Positions 30,845 to 43,572 of a stretch of DNA of 64,000 nucleotides are shown in pieces. Source of the DNA: Dehalococcoidia bacterium. GTDB lineage: Bacteria > Chloroflexota > Dehalococcoidia > SM23-28-2 > RBG-16-64-32. The position numbers and the translations under genes are program-made. The notes under the pieces are model-generated. The model did no database searches and was not told the origin of the DNA. It worked only from the letters and a program-made list of their open reading frames with translations. The stretch's first letter is position 1. Every line of letters begins with the position of its first letter. Location: contig CAXXTF010000002.1 of the NCBI GenBank assembly GCA_963665775.2, forward strand, positions 1,184,001-1,248,000. Direction: 5' to 3'.

Positions 30845-31891
30845 ATGGCGGCCAAGCCGGTGCGCCTCACAGAGCTGGCCTCCTGCGCCGGTTGAGCCGG
30901 CAAGGCAGGGGCTGAAGCCCTAGCGCAGGTCCTGCGCTACCTCTCCGACCACCCGACAGACGAGCACCCCAACCTGCTCGTCGGCCTCACCAGGCCCGAC
31001 GATGCCACCGTCTACAAGCTGAACGACGAGCAGGCGGTGGTGCTGACCGTAGACTTCTTCGCCCCCCTGGTAGACGATCCCTATCAGTATGGAGCGATCG
31101 CCGCCGCCAACGCCCTCAGCGATATCTACGCCATGGGCGCTGAGGTCACCCTAGCCCTGAACATCGTCGGCTTCCCGGAAGAGATGGAGACGGAGGTCAT
31201 CGGCGCCATCCTTCGCGGCGGCGCCGACAAGGTGGCCGAAGCGGGCGGCGTCATCGCCGGCGGCCACACCATCATCGACGCCGAGCCCAAGTACGGCCTC
31301 TGCGTCCTCGGCACGCTCCACCCAGAGCACATCTTCACGAAGGGCGGCGCTCAGCCCGGCGATCTCCTCTACCTCAGCAAACCGCTGGGCACCGGAATAG
31401 TCACCACCGCCGCCAAGATCGGCGAGGCGAAGGAGGATCATCTCCAGGCGGCCGTCGACAGCATGACCCGTCTCAACCGTCACCCATCCCACATCGTGCG
31501 GGCGGTGGAGGCGCACGCCCTCACCGACGTCAGCGGCTTTAGCATCCTGGGCCACGGCTACGAGATCGCCAACGCCAGCAACGCTGCCCTTTGCATTGCC
31601 ACCTCCCACATCCCTCTCCTTCCCGGTGCCCTGGAGTACGCCAGCCGCGGCATCGTCACGGGAGGCGCCGCCCGCAATCGCAATTACCTTGCGGGCAAGG
31701 TGAGCTTCACCGACGACATCCCTGAGGAGCTCCAGCATATCCTCTTCGACCCTCAAACCTCCGGCGGTCTTCTGTTCGCCGCGCCCCCAGAGAAGGCCGA
31801 CGAGGTGGAGGCTCGCTTCGCCGCTGCGAAGCTGCCCGTATGGCGCGTCGGCGAAGTCATAGAGGGTCGGGGCATCATCGTGACATCCTGA
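30845..31891 (+). CDS. selD: Selenide,water dikinase, selenocysteine-containing (UGA at codon 17, 30893-30895)
   Basis: AAAGGAG-ATG MAAKPVRLTELASCAG-U-AGK is in frame with the ORF at 31037; DDA, TVDFF, ANALSDIYAMG, DPQTSGGLL. Confidence 0.95.
30896..30939 (+). promoter_or_regulatory. Candidate bacterial SECIS for selD
   Basis: GGGC-TGAA-GCCC hairpin (30909-30920), then TAGCGCAG-GTC-CTGCGCTA (30921-30939), directly 3' of the UGA. Confidence 0.65.
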
Positions 31892-31923
31892 CTCGATCCC
31901 TGATCGTGAAACCCCGCGACAGC

Positions 31924-32082
31924 ATGACCAACGGGCGCTTCCAGCCCTGCCTCAACGGCCAGCTGGAATACCTTCTAGCCGCTGCGGAGCGCACCAATAT
32001 GTACGAGATGCCTCCCAGGCCTAAACGCCGCCTCTACCGTCCCCGCGCTCAGGGGGTCGAGCCCATCACCCTACTGGACTAG
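31924..32082 (+). CDS. Possible small hypothetical protein or gene remnant
   Basis: Coding-like GC3; fills the gap between selD and the next gene; no clear SD. Confidence 0.35.
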   Translation: MTNGRFQPCLNGQLEYLLAAAERTNMYEMPPRPKRRLYRPRAQGVEPITLLD

Positions 32083-32087
32083 CTCCC

Positions 32088-32594
32088 ATGCGCGTCCGCG
32101 ATTTCATGTCCCTGGTGCTGGATCGAGCCACCGCACTCCTGCCCGAAGAGCTCCGCGGCTTCACCGCCCGCAGCCGCTTCGTCTGGCTACAGATCCACTA
32201 CCATAGCCCCAAGGTTCACTATGAAGTCTGGCTCACCCGTAAGACCGGACGCATCGAGATCGGTCTCCACTTCGAAGGGCCGCGGGAGTTCTCTTACCGC
32301 TGGGCAGAGCGCCTGGCCCCCTATATGCCGGAGATTCAGGGCCGCCTGGGCCCCCAGGTCGAACTCGAAGAGTGGACATCCTCCTGGAGCCGCGTTCACC
32401 AGACCCTACCCTACGACCCCCTCAGCGAGCCCCTGGCGGAAGAGGTCGCCATCCGCCTGGCTGAGACTATCGCCGTCCTCCAGCCGATGGTCGAACGGGA
32501 GCGCGCCAACGTTCCGGCCGAGCTGGAGGCGTTGGCCCCCGCGAAGCGCACGGGTGGTCGCCGCTTTCACCGCCGCAGCGGGAAGCGGCGCTAA
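32088..32594 (+). CDS. Hypothetical protein
   Basis: 168-aa ORF with coding-like composition (VHYEVW..IEIGLHFEG). Confidence 0.7.
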   Translation: MRVRDFMSLVLDRATALLPEELRGFTARSRFVWLQIHYHSPKVHYEVWLTRKTGRIEIGLHFEGPREFSYRWAERLAPYMPEIQGRLGPQVELEEWTSSWSRVHQTLPYDPLSEPLAEEVAIRLAETIAVLQPMVERERANVPAELEALAPAKRTGGRRFHRRSGKRR

Positions 32595-33580
32595 CGCCCG
32601 TCGTCCTCCTCCGCGGCTGCCTCCCGCAGGACGGCCACCATACCCAGCGGGCCCGCCCGGTCCCCCAATACGGCCAGGTCGAGCCGTACATCCGCTAGCG
32701 GCTGGCTCATCGCCAGGCCCCGCATCGTCGTCCGGGCCTGCTCCACGAACAGACCGCCGGAGCGTGCCACGCCCCCACCGATCAGTATTACCTCCGGGTT
32801 GAAGATGTTGACGAGGCTAGCCAAAGCGATCCCCAGATGATGGCCCGCCTGGCGATACGCTTCGCGGCTGGCGACATCACCCATTTCCACCGCGCGCGCC
32901 ATCATCTCCGCCGTCACCGCCCCATCTTGCTCACGCAGCTCCGCCAGCACCTGCGACTCCCCCTGCGCCACCAGCTCCTCGCCCCGTCTGGCGATGGCCG
33001 TCCCCGAAACGAGGCACTCCAGATGGCCGCGAGCGCCACAGCCGCAGGGGGGGCCGTTGGGATCGACCGTGATGTGGCCCAGCTCGCCGGCGGCGCCACT
33101 GGCACCCCGATACAGCTTACCGTCAATGATGATGCCGCCACCCACGCCGGTGCTAACCGTCAGGTACAGCATGTGCTGGGTGTCGCGCCCGCCGCCAAAC
33201 GAATGCTCCCCTAGAGCGGCCGCCGTGGCGTCGTTCTCCAGGCGAACCTCCAGCCCCAGCCGGCGGCTCATGATCTCTCGCAGCGGCACCTCGTGCCAGC
33301 CGGGCAGCTGCGGTGCGCTGGGCACTACTCCCCGCCTGACGTCTACCGCCCCCGGTGAGGCGACACCTACGGCCTTCAGCTCCCTCACACCGGCCCCCGC
33401 CTGCCCCAAGGCCGCCTCCAGCACGCCCACCATAAGGTCTATCACCACCTCCACCCCTTCTTCCGTGTGAGAGAGGCGAATCTCCTCCCCGTACACGCGT
33501 CCCTCCGCGTCTGCCACCAGGGCGCGCACCTTGGTTCCGCCCAGATCCAGAGCGCCGTAGAGGACGGGCCGATCTGTCAT
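32591..33580 (-). CDS. ROK family kinase (glucokinase-like)
   Basis: LDLGGTK, ENDATAAALGE, TVSTGVGGG, GELGH, CGCGARGHLE. Confidence 0.93.
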   Translation of the reverse strand: MTDRPVLYGALDLGGTKVRALVADAEGRVYGEEIRLSHTEEGVEVVIDLMVGVLEAALGQAGAGVRELKAVGVASPGAVDVRRGVVPSAPQLPGWHEVPLREIMSRRLGLEVRLENDATAAALGEHSFGGGRDTQHMLYLTVSTGVGGGIIIDGKLYRGASGAAGELGHITVDPNGPPCGCGARGHLECLVSGTAIARRGEELVAQGESQVLAELREQDGAVTAEMMARAVEMGDVASREAYRQAGHHLGIALASLVNIFNPEVILIGGGVARSGGLFVEQARTTMRGLAMSQPLADVRLDLAVLGDRAGPLGMVAVLREAAAEEDDGR

Positions 33581-33621
33581 AGCGTTATGTCACCTTCGCC
33601 GGCAACGGCTGGCGTACCCCT

Positions 33622-33664
33622 GAAACAAAACAGTGGGCCGCCCCGGAACAGCCCGAGACGGCCC
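33622..33664 (-). terminator. Intrinsic terminator
   Basis: 12-bp stem GGGCCGTCTCGG/CCGGGGCGGCCC (with G-U pairs) followed by ACTGTTTTGTTT on the minus strand. Confidence 0.6.
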
Positions 33665-33684
33665 GCATTCTCTAGCAAGGGAGG

Positions 33685-34125
33685 TCAGCTCCGTTGCCAA
33701 ATGGCGTGATGATTCTCGCCCAGTATGGCGTCGCGGACCGCCTCCCTCTCCAGGCGCTCTAGCTCCGCCAGCACCTTATCCACCGCCTCTGCCACGTCCG
33801 GCCGGTCCCCAGCGATCAGCCGCTGACGAATATTATCCGCTATACCAGATTCTGCCAGGAATGCCAGCGGGTGGGGCCACACGAAGAAGGTGAACCGCTC
33901 CGGTACTCCCAAGCTCGGGCGTTGCTTGCCCAGCCAAAAGAAGCGCTCTTCCACCGTGCCCACCGGTTCTACCACCTCCACCATAGGCCCAACCTCGTTG
34001 GCGGCTCGCGTATCCACGATGAGCCGCTGCGGGAACAGCCGGAACCCGATGGCGAACACATCGCACTCTTCCACGACTCTACGCAGCTCGTCGAGGTCGA
34101 CCATCGCACCATTCTCGGTAAACAC
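33685..34125 (-). CDS. Hypothetical protein
   Basis: 146-aa ORF downstream of groEL, coding-like. Confidence 0.7.
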   Translation of the reverse strand: MFTENGAMVDLDELRRVVEECDVFAIGFRLFPQRLIVDTRAANEVGPMVEVVEPVGTVEERFFWLGKQRPSLGVPERFTFFVWPHPLAFLAESGIADNIRQRLIAGDRPDVAEAVDKVLAELERLEREAVRDAILGENHHAIWQRS

Positions 34126-34243
34126 TGCCCCCCACCCTTCTACCCAGCCCCCGATCGGAGGAAACCGGCAACCTGACTAAGTGCCGTTCTTATCTGGGGT
34201 TTCCCAGCTCTCTGGCTTGCCGGACACTGGATGGGAACGGGTC

Positions 34244-35878
<1,635 letters not shown>

Positions 35879-35908
35879 TTACTCCGAAATGAGCTGACTT
35901 CCACCAGT

Positions 35909-35935
35909 TTAGCACTCAAAGGGGCGGAGTGCTAA
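35909..35935. promoter_or_regulatory. CIRCE element (HrcA operator)
   Basis: Perfect TTAGCACTC-N9-GAGTGCTAA, just downstream of minus-strand TTGCGC-N17-TAAAAA. Confidence 0.97.
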
Positions 35936-36014
35936 ACATATTTTTAGCCTATCCTGGGCCACAGCGCAAGACCGCAGGCTGAATTCTAGCCGAGGAGTGA
36001 CGCCCTAATATAAC

Positions 36015-36039
36015 GGCGGGCCTCATTGAGAGGCCCGCC
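36015..36039 (-). terminator. Stem-loop after the repeat-protein gene
   Basis: GGCGGGCCTC-ATTGA-GAGGCCCGCC, 10-bp perfect stem; weak U tract. Confidence 0.6.
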
Positions 36040-36064
36040 TAATGTCGTTACGCGGCAGCGGTTA

Positions 36065-37168
36065 CTAGTTCTGGCCGCCCTTGAACGGCTCCTTCAGAAC
36101 CACCTTCACGCCGGCGATCGTGCCGGTCAGGGCGTTACGCACCGTCGTGGCAGCCGTACTGCTCACCTTCCCGGCACCCTCGAGAGCAGCGGTGGCGGCT
36201 TGAGAGGCGGCATCTTCAGCGCTCAGACCTATGTCCTTCGCCCCGCTGATGGCACCCTGAACCGCTCCCTTGGCGGTTCCGCCTACATCGCCGCCTACCT
36301 TGGCGACGGCCTCAACGGCGGCGCTGGCGGTGGTGCTCATGGCGTCTATAGCGCCAACCCCCACGTCCTTCGCCCCGCTGATGGCGCCCTCAACGGCTCC
36401 CTTGGCGGCCCCGGCTACATCGCCGCTTACCTTGGCGACGCTCTCAACGGCGGCGCTGGCAGTGATGCTCGCGGCGTCCAGCGCCCCAACCCCCACATCC
36501 TTCGCCCCACCGATGGCACCCTCAACGGCTCCCTTGGCGGCCCCGCCTACATCGCCGCCTACCTTGGCGACGCCCTCAACGGCGGCACTGGCGGTGGTGC
36601 TCATGGCGTCTATAGCGCTAACCCCCACATCCTTCGCCCCGCTGATGGCACCCTCAACCGCCCCCTTGGCGGTTCCGGCCACATCACCGCCTACCTTGGC
36701 GACGCCCTCAACGGCAGCGCTGGCGGTGGTGCTCATGGCGTCTATAGCGCCAACCCCCACGTCCTTGGCCCCACTGAGGGCGCCCTCAACCGCTCCCTTG
36801 GCGGCCCCGCCTACATCGCCGCCTACCTTGGCGACGCTCTCAACGGCGGTACTGGCGGTAGTGCTCATGGCCTCCAATCCCTCTACACCCACCTCCTTGG
36901 AGCCCCGCAGAACGCCCACCATGGCCCCCTTGGCAGCCTTGCCGACATCTCCTCCCACATCGACCGCGCCCTCAATGGCTCCGCGCACCGTGTCGGAGAT
37001 AGCGGAGGTAAGAGCGCCGCCAACGGCCCCCGTCTTCTTTATCGTGTTGACCAGGCTGCCGCTGACCGTGTCGACCACGGCGTCGGTGATCTCCCCCACC
37101 CCGCGAATGGCGCCGATGATACCACTCTTTACCGAACCAATGAGTCCATCGTCCTTCTCCTGTGCCAT
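36065..37168 (-). CDS. Ala/Gly/Val-rich protein with about six 44-aa tandem repeats
   Basis: AGGGAG SD plus ATG, own promoter and terminator; unit GGDVGGAAKGAVEGAISGAKDVGVGAIDAMSTTASAAVEGVAKV. Confidence 0.85.
   Translation of the reverse strand: MAQEKDDGLIGSVKSGIIGAIRGVGEITDAVVDTVSGSLVNTIKKTGAVGGALTSAISDTVRGAIEGAVDVGGDVGKAAKGAMVGVLRGSKEVGVEGLEAMSTTASTAVESVAKVGGDVGGAAKGAVEGALSGAKDVGVGAIDAMSTTASAAVEGVAKVGGDVAGTAKGAVEGAISGAKDVGVSAIDAMSTTASAAVEGVAKVGGDVGGAAKGAVEGAIGGAKDVGVGALDAASITASAAVESVAKVSGDVAGAAKGAVEGAISGAKDVGVGAIDAMSTTASAAVEAVAKVGGDVGGTAKGAVQGAISGAKDIGLSAEDAASQAATAALEGAGKVSSTAATTVRNALTGTIAGVKVVLKEPFKGGQN
36170..36960. repeat. 132-bp coding tandem repeat, about 6 copies
   Basis: CCCTTGGC recurs at 36267, 36399, 36531, 36663, 36795 and 36927. 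Confidence 0.92.
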
Positions 37169-37200
37169 TATTTACTCCCTACCTTTCTGAATTATGGCCT

Positions 37201-37246
37201 AGCTTAACGAAATACCCGCAACCTGTCAAAGGCAACTACCCGCAAC
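37201..37246 (-). promoter_or_regulatory. Promoter of the repeat-protein gene with 10-bp direct repeats
   Basis: Minus strand TTGACA-N17-TAAGCT; TACCCGCAAC at 37213-37222 and 37237-37246. Confidence 0.65.
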
Positions 37247-37550
37247 GAACGCGCCGCAGTCACCACCATGCGGAGCGAACGAGCACAGTGCGTTGGCAGG
37301 GATTATGGCCAATGATACACTATCTCTACTATTAGTCATAACTATGGAGGGCAGGCGAGTATACCGCCGGGCCCTTTCTATATATAGACTCAGTTGGACT
37401 ATCCCCATTATACTTGTTACATACCCCACGGTGAGGCACAAATGGAACGTTCAAACGTTTGCAAGTATGACCAATCGTTCCTCCCTTCCGTGAGGAATAC
37501 CGCAATCTCTAACTGCTGACTGCGGCACGTTGAAGTAGGGGAGGCACAAC

Positions 37551-40500
37551 ATGGGCCAACCGGGTATGCCATCCGTGCAAGGCTTATACAACCCCCGCTA
37601 TGAGCACGATAGCTGTGGCGTAGGGTTTATAGCTCACCTCAAGGGCCAAAAGTCGCATCAACTGGTGCGTGACGGGATTACGGCCCTGGACCGCCTGGGT
37701 CACCGCGGCGCCACCGGCTCCGAGGCGAATACCGGGGATGGCGCCGGCGTCCTCATACAGCTGCCCCACGAATTCTTAATACACCAGTGCGGAGCCCTGG
37801 GCATCCGCCTGCCGGAGCCCGGCCACTACGGTGTCGGCCTCCTCTTCGCCTCTCGAAACGAGAGCGCCCGCACCCAGGCGATGGCCCTCCTCACTGGTAT
37901 CGTCGAGGAAGAAGGGCAACAGCTGCTGGGCTGGCGAGAGGTGCCGACCAATAACGCTTCCCTGGGCCCGATGTCCAGGGCGGGCGAACCGGCGATGTAC
38001 CACTTCTTCATCGGGCGCGGGCAGACGATCGCCGATGACAGCGCCTTTGAGCGCAAGCTCTACATCATCCGGAGGCAGTTCGAGAAGGCGATACACCGCT
38101 CCGGCATCCCGGACGCGGTCTCCTTCTACATACCGAGCCTCTCCTGTCGCACGCTCGTCTATAAGGGGATGCTCATGGCCACCCAGGTATCGGGGTACTT
38201 CCCGGACCTCTCAGACCCCCGCCTGATCAGCGCCCTCATCATGATCCACTCGCGCTTCAGCACCAACACCTTCCCCAGCTGGCGCCTGGCCCACCCCTAC
38301 CGGATGATCTCCCACAACGGCGAGATCAACACCCTGCGCGGCAACGTCAACTGGATGAGGGCCCGCGAGGCCCTCCTCGAATCACGCCTCTTCGAGGAAG
38401 TCCAGCGAGTCCCTCCCGTTATCGACGAGACCGGCAGCGACACCGCCTGCTTCGACAACGCCCTGGAGTTGCTCGTCCTGGCCGGGCGTTCCCTTCCTCA
38501 CGCCATGATGATGCTCATCCCGGAAGCCTGGGACGGGCACGAGTCCATGAGCGCCGAGAAGAAGGCCTTCTACGAGTATCACAGCTGCCTGATGGAGCCT
38601 TGGGACGGCCCGGCCTCCATCGTCTTCACGGACGGCCGGACCATAGGCGCCACCCTAGACCGGAACGGCCTCCGGCCGTCTCGCTACTACGTGACCAAGG
38701 ACGACCTGGTCGTCATGGCCTCAGAGGTCGGCGTCCTGCCCATTGAGCCGGAGCGAGTGCTATACAAGGGTCGGCTGCAGCCCGGCAAGACGTTCCTCAT
38801 CAACCTGGAGGAAGGCCGTATCGTCGACGACGCCGAGCTCAAGGCGAAGATCGCCACCGATCAGCCCTACGGCGAATGGCTGGCGCGCAACCTGAAGCCT
38901 TTCGAACAGCTCCCTGACGCGGAGCCTGCCCCCCGCATCCAAGGGGAGCAGCTCCTGGAACAACAGATCGCCTTCGGCTATTCGGTGGAGGATCTGAAAT
39001 ACATCCTGGAACCGATGGCCAAGAACGGAGAGGAAGCAGTCGGCTCCATGGGTGCAGATACCCCTCTCGCCGTTCTCTCCGACCGGTCGCGCCCGCTCTA
39101 CGATTACTTCAAGCAGCTGTTCGCGCAGGTCACCAACCCGCCCCTGGACGCCATCCGCGAGGAGCTTGTCACCTCCGTGAGAACGCTTGTAGGGCCCGAG
39201 GGCAACCTCCTGGACCCGGGGCCGGAGAGCTGCCGCCTCCTCAGCCTCAAGACGCCTTTCATCGACAACCGCGAACTGGCCAGGCTGAAGGCGCTGAAAG
39301 ATAGCGACCTGCGGCCCGCCGTGCTGCCCATGTTGCTCCCGGCCGATGGGGGCCCCGCCGGCCTCGAACCCGCCCTCCAGGAGCTCTTCCGCAAGGCGGA
39401 CGAGGCGATCAGAGACGGCACCAACATCCTCATCCTCTCCGACCGCGGTGCCGACGCCGAGAATGCACCGATCCCCTCCCTGATCGCCGTTGCCGGCCTC
39501 CACAACCACCTGGTGCGCGAGCAGAAGCGCACACGCGTGGGCCTCGTCGTCGAGAGCGGCGACGCCCGCGAGGCGCACCACTTCGCGCTGCTCATCGGCT
39601 ACGGTGCCAGCGCCATCAACCCCTACCTAGCCATCGAAACCCTCACCCAGATGTGCGACGAGGGGCTCGTCAGCGACGAGCTGAGCGGCGACGAGGCGAT
39701 CGCCCATTACCTGAAGGCGATCAAGAAGGGGGTCGTCAAGATCATGTCCAAGATGGGCATCTCCACGATCCAGAGCTATCGTGGTGCCCAGATCTTCGAG
39801 GCGATCGGCCTCTCCCAGCCGCTAATCGACCGCTACTTTACCTACACCGCGTCGCGCATCGGCGGTATCGGCGTGGAAGAGATCGCGATCGAGACCCTGT
39901 CCCATCACGATCGCGCCTATCCGCAACGGGACGGCCAGCCACACGGGCTAGCCTGGGGCGGCCAGTACCAGTGGCGCCAGGATGGCGAGTTTCACCAGTT
40001 CAATCCGGAGACGGTCTTCCTCCTTCAGCAGGCCACCCGCACCGGCCAATTCGACATCTTCCGCCAATACTCTAGCCTGGTAAACGACCAGAGCCAACGG
40101 CTAGCCATGCTGCGTGGACTGTTCGAATTCAAGACGGACCGCCCGCCGGTGCCCATCGCGGAGGTGGAGCCGGTTGAGAACATCTTCAAGCGCTTCGTTA
40201 CGGGCGCCATGTCGTTCGGCTCCATCGCCGCGGAGGCGCACGAAACGCTGGCCATCGCCATGAACCGCATCGGTGGCAAGAGCAACACCGGCGAAGGCGG
40301 GGAGGACCGACGGCGCTACACCCCCGATCCTAACGGCGATTCGCGTCGCAGCGCCACCAAACAGGTGGCATCCGGCCGCTTCGGCGTCACCAGCGAGTAT
40401 CTGGTCAACGCCGACGAGCTGCAGATCAAGATGGCCCAGGGCGCCAAGCCGGGCGAAGGCGGCCAGCTTCCCAGCTATAAGGTCTACCCCTGGATCGCCG

Positions 40501-42116
40501 AAGTCCGGCATTCCACCCCTTTCGTGGGGCTGATCAGCCCGCCGCCTCACCACGACATCTACTCCATCGAGGACTTGGCGCAGCTTATCCACGATCTGAA
40601 GAACTCCAACCCCGACGCCCGCATCAACGTGAAGCTCGTCGCTGAAGTGGGCGTCGGCACCGTCGCCGCCGGCGTGGCCAAGGCCAAATCAGACGCCGTG
40701 CTGATCAGCGGCCACGACGGCGGCACGGGCGCCAGCCCCCTCACCTCCATCAAACACGCCGGCATCCCCTGGGAGCTAGGGCTAGCGGAGACGCAGCAAA
40801 CGCTGGTCCTGAACCATCTCCGCGACCGCATCATCGTTCAGGTGGACGGCCAGATGAAGACTGGCCGGGACATGATTATCGGTGCCCTCTTGGGCGCTGA
40901 GGAGTTCGGCTTCGCCACTGCCCCCATCGTCGTGATGGGCTGCCTCATGATGCGCGTCTGCCACCTGGACACCTGCCCTGTCGGCATCGCCACCCAGAAC
41001 CCGGAGCTGCGGAAGAAGTTCACGGGACGTCCGGAGCACGTAGTCAACTTCTTCCGCTTCGTCGCTGAAGAGGCGCGAGAGCTCATGGCCGAGCTCGGCT
41101 TCCGCAAGTTCGATGAGATCATCGGCCGCAGTGACCTGCTGGACATGCGCCGGGCCGTCGACCATTGGAAGGCGCAGGGGCTTGACCTCTCGGCCATTCT
41201 CTACCGCCCCGATGTCGGACCCGAAGTGGCGCAGCGCCGTGTGACCAGCCAGGACCACGGGCTGGAGAGGGCGCTGGACCAGGAGCTGCTGAAGCTCGCG
41301 GCGCCGGCCCTGGAGGCGGGCGAGCCGGTGACCATCGAGATGCCCATCCGCAACGTTAACCGCACCGTCGGCACTATCCTGGGAAGCGAGCTCAGCCGCC
41401 GCCACGGTTTCAAAGGCCTCCCCGACGACACCATCGCGATCAAGTTCGCTGGCTCCGCCGGGCAGAGTTTCGGCGCCTTCGTCCCGTCAGGCATAACCCT
41501 GCGGCTCGAAGGTGACGCCAACGACTACATCGCCAAGGGACTCTCGGGCGGCAAGATAATAGTCTACCCGCCCAAGGCGTCCACCTTCGTACCGGAGGAG
41601 AACATCCTCATCGGTAACGTGGCGCTGTACGGGGCCACCAGCGGCAGCCTGTTCGCCCGCGGCGTCGCCGGGGAGCGATTCGCGGTGCGGAACAGCGGTG
41701 CCGTCGCCGTCGTAGAGGGCACAGGCGACCACTGCTGCGAGTACATGACCGGCGGTCGGGTGCTGGTCCTCGGCCAGACCGGCCGCAATTTCGGCGCCGG
41801 CATGAGCGGAGGCATCGCCTACGCCTATGACGAAACGGGCGATTTCGCCACCCACTGCAACATGGGGATGGTCTACCTCGAGCCTCTCGATGACCCCGAG
41901 GAGCTCGACCTCGTCCGGGGGCTGATGGAACGGCATCTGGAGTACACCGGGAGCACCGTCGCCGCCAATCTCCTCAGTCAGTGGCCCAAGATCGCCGAGA
42001 GGTTCGTGAAGGTCATGCCGCGCGATTACCGGCGCGCCCTGGAGGAGCAGGCCCGCGAGCAGGCGGCCCAGGCTGCGGCCGGCGACGGCGATAAGGTAGG
42101 CGCCGCCCGTGGGTAA
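37551..42116 (+). CDS. gltB: Glutamate synthase large subunit
   Basis: [47 protein letters not shown]. Confidence 0.98.
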   Translation: MGQPGMPSVQGLYNPRYEHDSCGVGFIAHLKGQKSHQLVRDGITALDRLGHRGATGSEANTGDGAGVLIQLPHEFLIHQCGALGIRLPEPGHYGVGLLFASRNESARTQAMALLTGIVEEEGQQLLGWREVPTNNASLGPMSRAGEPAMYHFFIGRGQTIADDSAFERKLYIIRRQFEKAIHRSGIPDAVSFYIPSLSCRTLVYKGMLMATQVSGYFPDLSDPRLISALIMIHSRFSTNTFPSWRLAHPYRMISHNGEINTLRGNVNWMRAREALLESRLFEEVQRVPPVIDETGSDTACFDNALELLVLAGRSLPHAMMMLIPEAWDGHESMSAEKKAFYEYHSCLMEPWDGPASIVFTDGRTIGATLDRNGLRPSRYYVTKDDLVVMASEVGVLPIEPERVLYKGRLQPGKTFLINLEEGRIVDDAELKAKIATDQPYGEWLARNLKPFEQLPDAEPAPRIQGEQLLEQQIAFGYSVEDLKYILEPMAKNGEEAVGSMGADTPLAVLSDRSRPLYDYFKQLFAQVTNPPLDAIREELVTSVRTLVGPEGNLLDPGPESCRLLSLKTPFIDNRELARLKALKDSDLRPAVLPMLLPADGGPAGLEPALQELFRKADEAIRDGTNILILSDRGADAENAPIPSLIAVAGLHNHLVREQKRTRVGLVVESGDAREAHHFALLIGYGASAINPYLAIETLTQMCDEGLVSDELSGDEAIAHYLKAIKKGVVKIMSKMGISTIQSYRGAQIFEAIGLSQPLIDRYFTYTASRIGGIGVEEIAIETLSHHDRAYPQRDGQPHGLAWGGQYQWRQDGEFHQFNPETVFLLQQATRTGQFDIFRQYSSLVNDQSQRLAMLRGLFEFKTDRPPVPIAEVEPVENIFKRFVTGAMSFGSIAAEAHETLAIAMNRIGGKSNTGEGGEDRRRYTPDPNGDSRRSATKQVASGRFGVTSEYLVNADELQIKMAQGAKPGEGGQLPSYKVYPWIAEVRHSTPFVGLISPPPHHDIYSIEDLAQLIHDLKNSNPDARINVKLVAEVGVGTVAAGVAKAKSDAVLISGHDGGTGASPLTSIKHAGIPWELGLAETQQTLVLNHLRDRIIVQVDGQMKTGRDMIIGALLGAEEFGFATAPIVVMGCLMMRVCHLDTCPVGIATQNPELRKKFTGRPEHVVNFFRFVAEEARELMAELGFRKFDEIIGRSDLLDMRRAVDHWKAQGLDLSAILYRPDVGPEVAQRRVTSQDHGLERALDQELLKLAAPALEAGEPVTIEMPIRNVNRTVGTILGSELSRRHGFKGLPDDTIAIKFAGSAGQSFGAFVPSGITLRLEGDANDYIAKGLSGGKIIVYPPKASTFVPEENILIGNVALYGATSGSLFARGVAGERFAVRNSGAVAVVEGTGDHCCEYMTGGRVLVLGQTGRNFGAGMSGGIAYAYDETGDFATHCNMGMVYLEPLDDPEELDLVRGLMERHLEYTGSTVAANLLSQWPKIAERFVKVMPRDYRRALEEQAREQAAQAAAGDGDKVGAARG

Positions 42117-43527
42117 GCCCACCGGCTTCATGGATTTCCAGCGTCAGACGCCTACGCGCCGTCCCGTGGAGGAGCGCATTCACGACTGGCTGGAGGTCTA
42201 CCAGGAGTTTCCAGCCGAGCAGATGAAGACGCAGGCCGGCCGCTGCATGGACTGCGGCATCCCCTTCTGTCACCAGGGATGCCCCCTGGGCAATATCATC
42301 CCGGACTGGAACGATCTCGTCTACCGTGGCCAATGGCGCGAGGCGATCGACCGGCTGCACGCCACGAACAACTTTCCGGACTTCACGGGCAGGCTCTGCC
42401 CCGCCCCGTGTGAGGCGGCCTGCGTGCTGGGTGTCAACGACGATCCGGTCACCATCAAGCAGGTGGAGCTCAACATCATCGAGCACGCCTACGAGCAGGG
42501 TTGGGTCAAGGCCCAGCCCGCGGAGACCCCTACCGGAAAGAGCGTGGCCGTCGTCGGCTCGGGCCCGGCCGGCCTGGCCTGCGCCCAGCAGCTGGCTCGC
42601 GCCGGTCACGCGGTCACCGTCTTCGAGCGGGACGACCGAATCGGCGGGCTTCTCCGCTACGGTATCCCCGAATTCAAGATGGAGAAGCGGTTCCTGGCCC
42701 TCCGCCTCGACCAGATGGAGGCGGAGGGCGTGACCTTCCGGCCCAGCGTCAACGTCGGCCTGGACATCGACGCCCGCGAACTGCAAGGCCAGTTCGACGC
42801 CATCTGCCTCAGCGGCGGCGCCACCATGGCCCGGGAGCTCGACGTGCCGGGCCGCGACCTCAAGGGCACCTATCTGGCCATGGAGTACCTGCCGCTGCAG
42901 AACCGGCGCAACGCCGGCGACGAGATTCCCGACGAAGGCTTCATCACAGCCAAGGGGAAACGCGTCATCATCCTCGGCGGCGGCGATACCGGCGCTGACT
43001 GCCTCGGCACCGCCCATCGCCAGGGCGCCAAGGACGTGCTGCAGTACGAGCTCCTGCCCAGGCCCCCCGAACAGCGTCCGCCCGACAACCCCTGGCCCAC
43101 CTGGCCCAACATCTACCGCACGTCAGCCGCCCACGAAGAGGGTGGGGTCCAGGACTACTCCATCCTGACCAAGCGCCTCTCCGGCCCGAACGACGTCCTC
43201 AAGAAGCTGCACGCCGTACGGGTCGAGTTCGTGCAAGACGACGGCCGAATGGCCATGCGGGAGATGCCTGGCACGGAGTTCGAGGAGGATGTCGACCTTC
43301 TGCTTCTGGCCATGGGGTTCCTGGGACCGGAGAAGGATGGGCTGATCGAGCAGCTAGGCGTGGCGTTGACCGAGCGCGGCAACGTGAAGGCTGACGAGAG
43401 CAAGATGACCAGCGTCCCCGGCGTCTTCACGGCGGGCGATATGACCCGCGGTCAGTCCCTCATCGTCTGGGCCATCGCCGAAGGCCGCGACGCCGCCAGC
43501 GGCATCGACCGGTACCTCATGGGCTGA
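42109..43527 (+). CDS. gltD: Glutamate synthase small subunit
   Basis: [37 protein letters not shown]. Confidence 0.97.
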   Translation: MGKPTGFMDFQRQTPTRRPVEERIHDWLEVYQEFPAEQMKTQAGRCMDCGIPFCHQGCPLGNIIPDWNDLVYRGQWREAIDRLHATNNFPDFTGRLCPAPCEAACVLGVNDDPVTIKQVELNIIEHAYEQGWVKAQPAETPTGKSVAVVGSGPAGLACAQQLARAGHAVTVFERDDRIGGLLRYGIPEFKMEKRFLALRLDQMEAEGVTFRPSVNVGLDIDARELQGQFDAICLSGGATMARELDVPGRDLKGTYLAMEYLPLQNRRNAGDEIPDEGFITAKGKRVIILGGGDTGADCLGTAHRQGAKDVLQYELLPRPPEQRPPDNPWPTWPNIYRTSAAHEEGGVQDYSILTKRLSGPNDVLKKLHAVRVEFVQDDGRMAMREMPGTEFEEDVDLLLLAMGFLGPEKDGLIEQLGVALTERGNVKADESKMTSVPGVFTAGDMTRGQSLIVWAIAEGRDAASGIDRYLMG

Positions 43528-43572
43528 CCGACGCTGCCGGTGAGCCGAATGCCAGCCAGCCGGCGGTCTCTC

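Noticed and set aside
36170-36960. Possible CRISPR array
   Set aside because: The whole 132-nt unit repeats in frame with no unique spacers, and there are no cas genes.
36026-37207. Long plus-strand ORFs (393 and 306 aa) over the repeat gene
   Set aside because: Antisense shadows of a repetitive GC-rich gene; the SD, promoter and terminator all belong to the minus-strand ORF.
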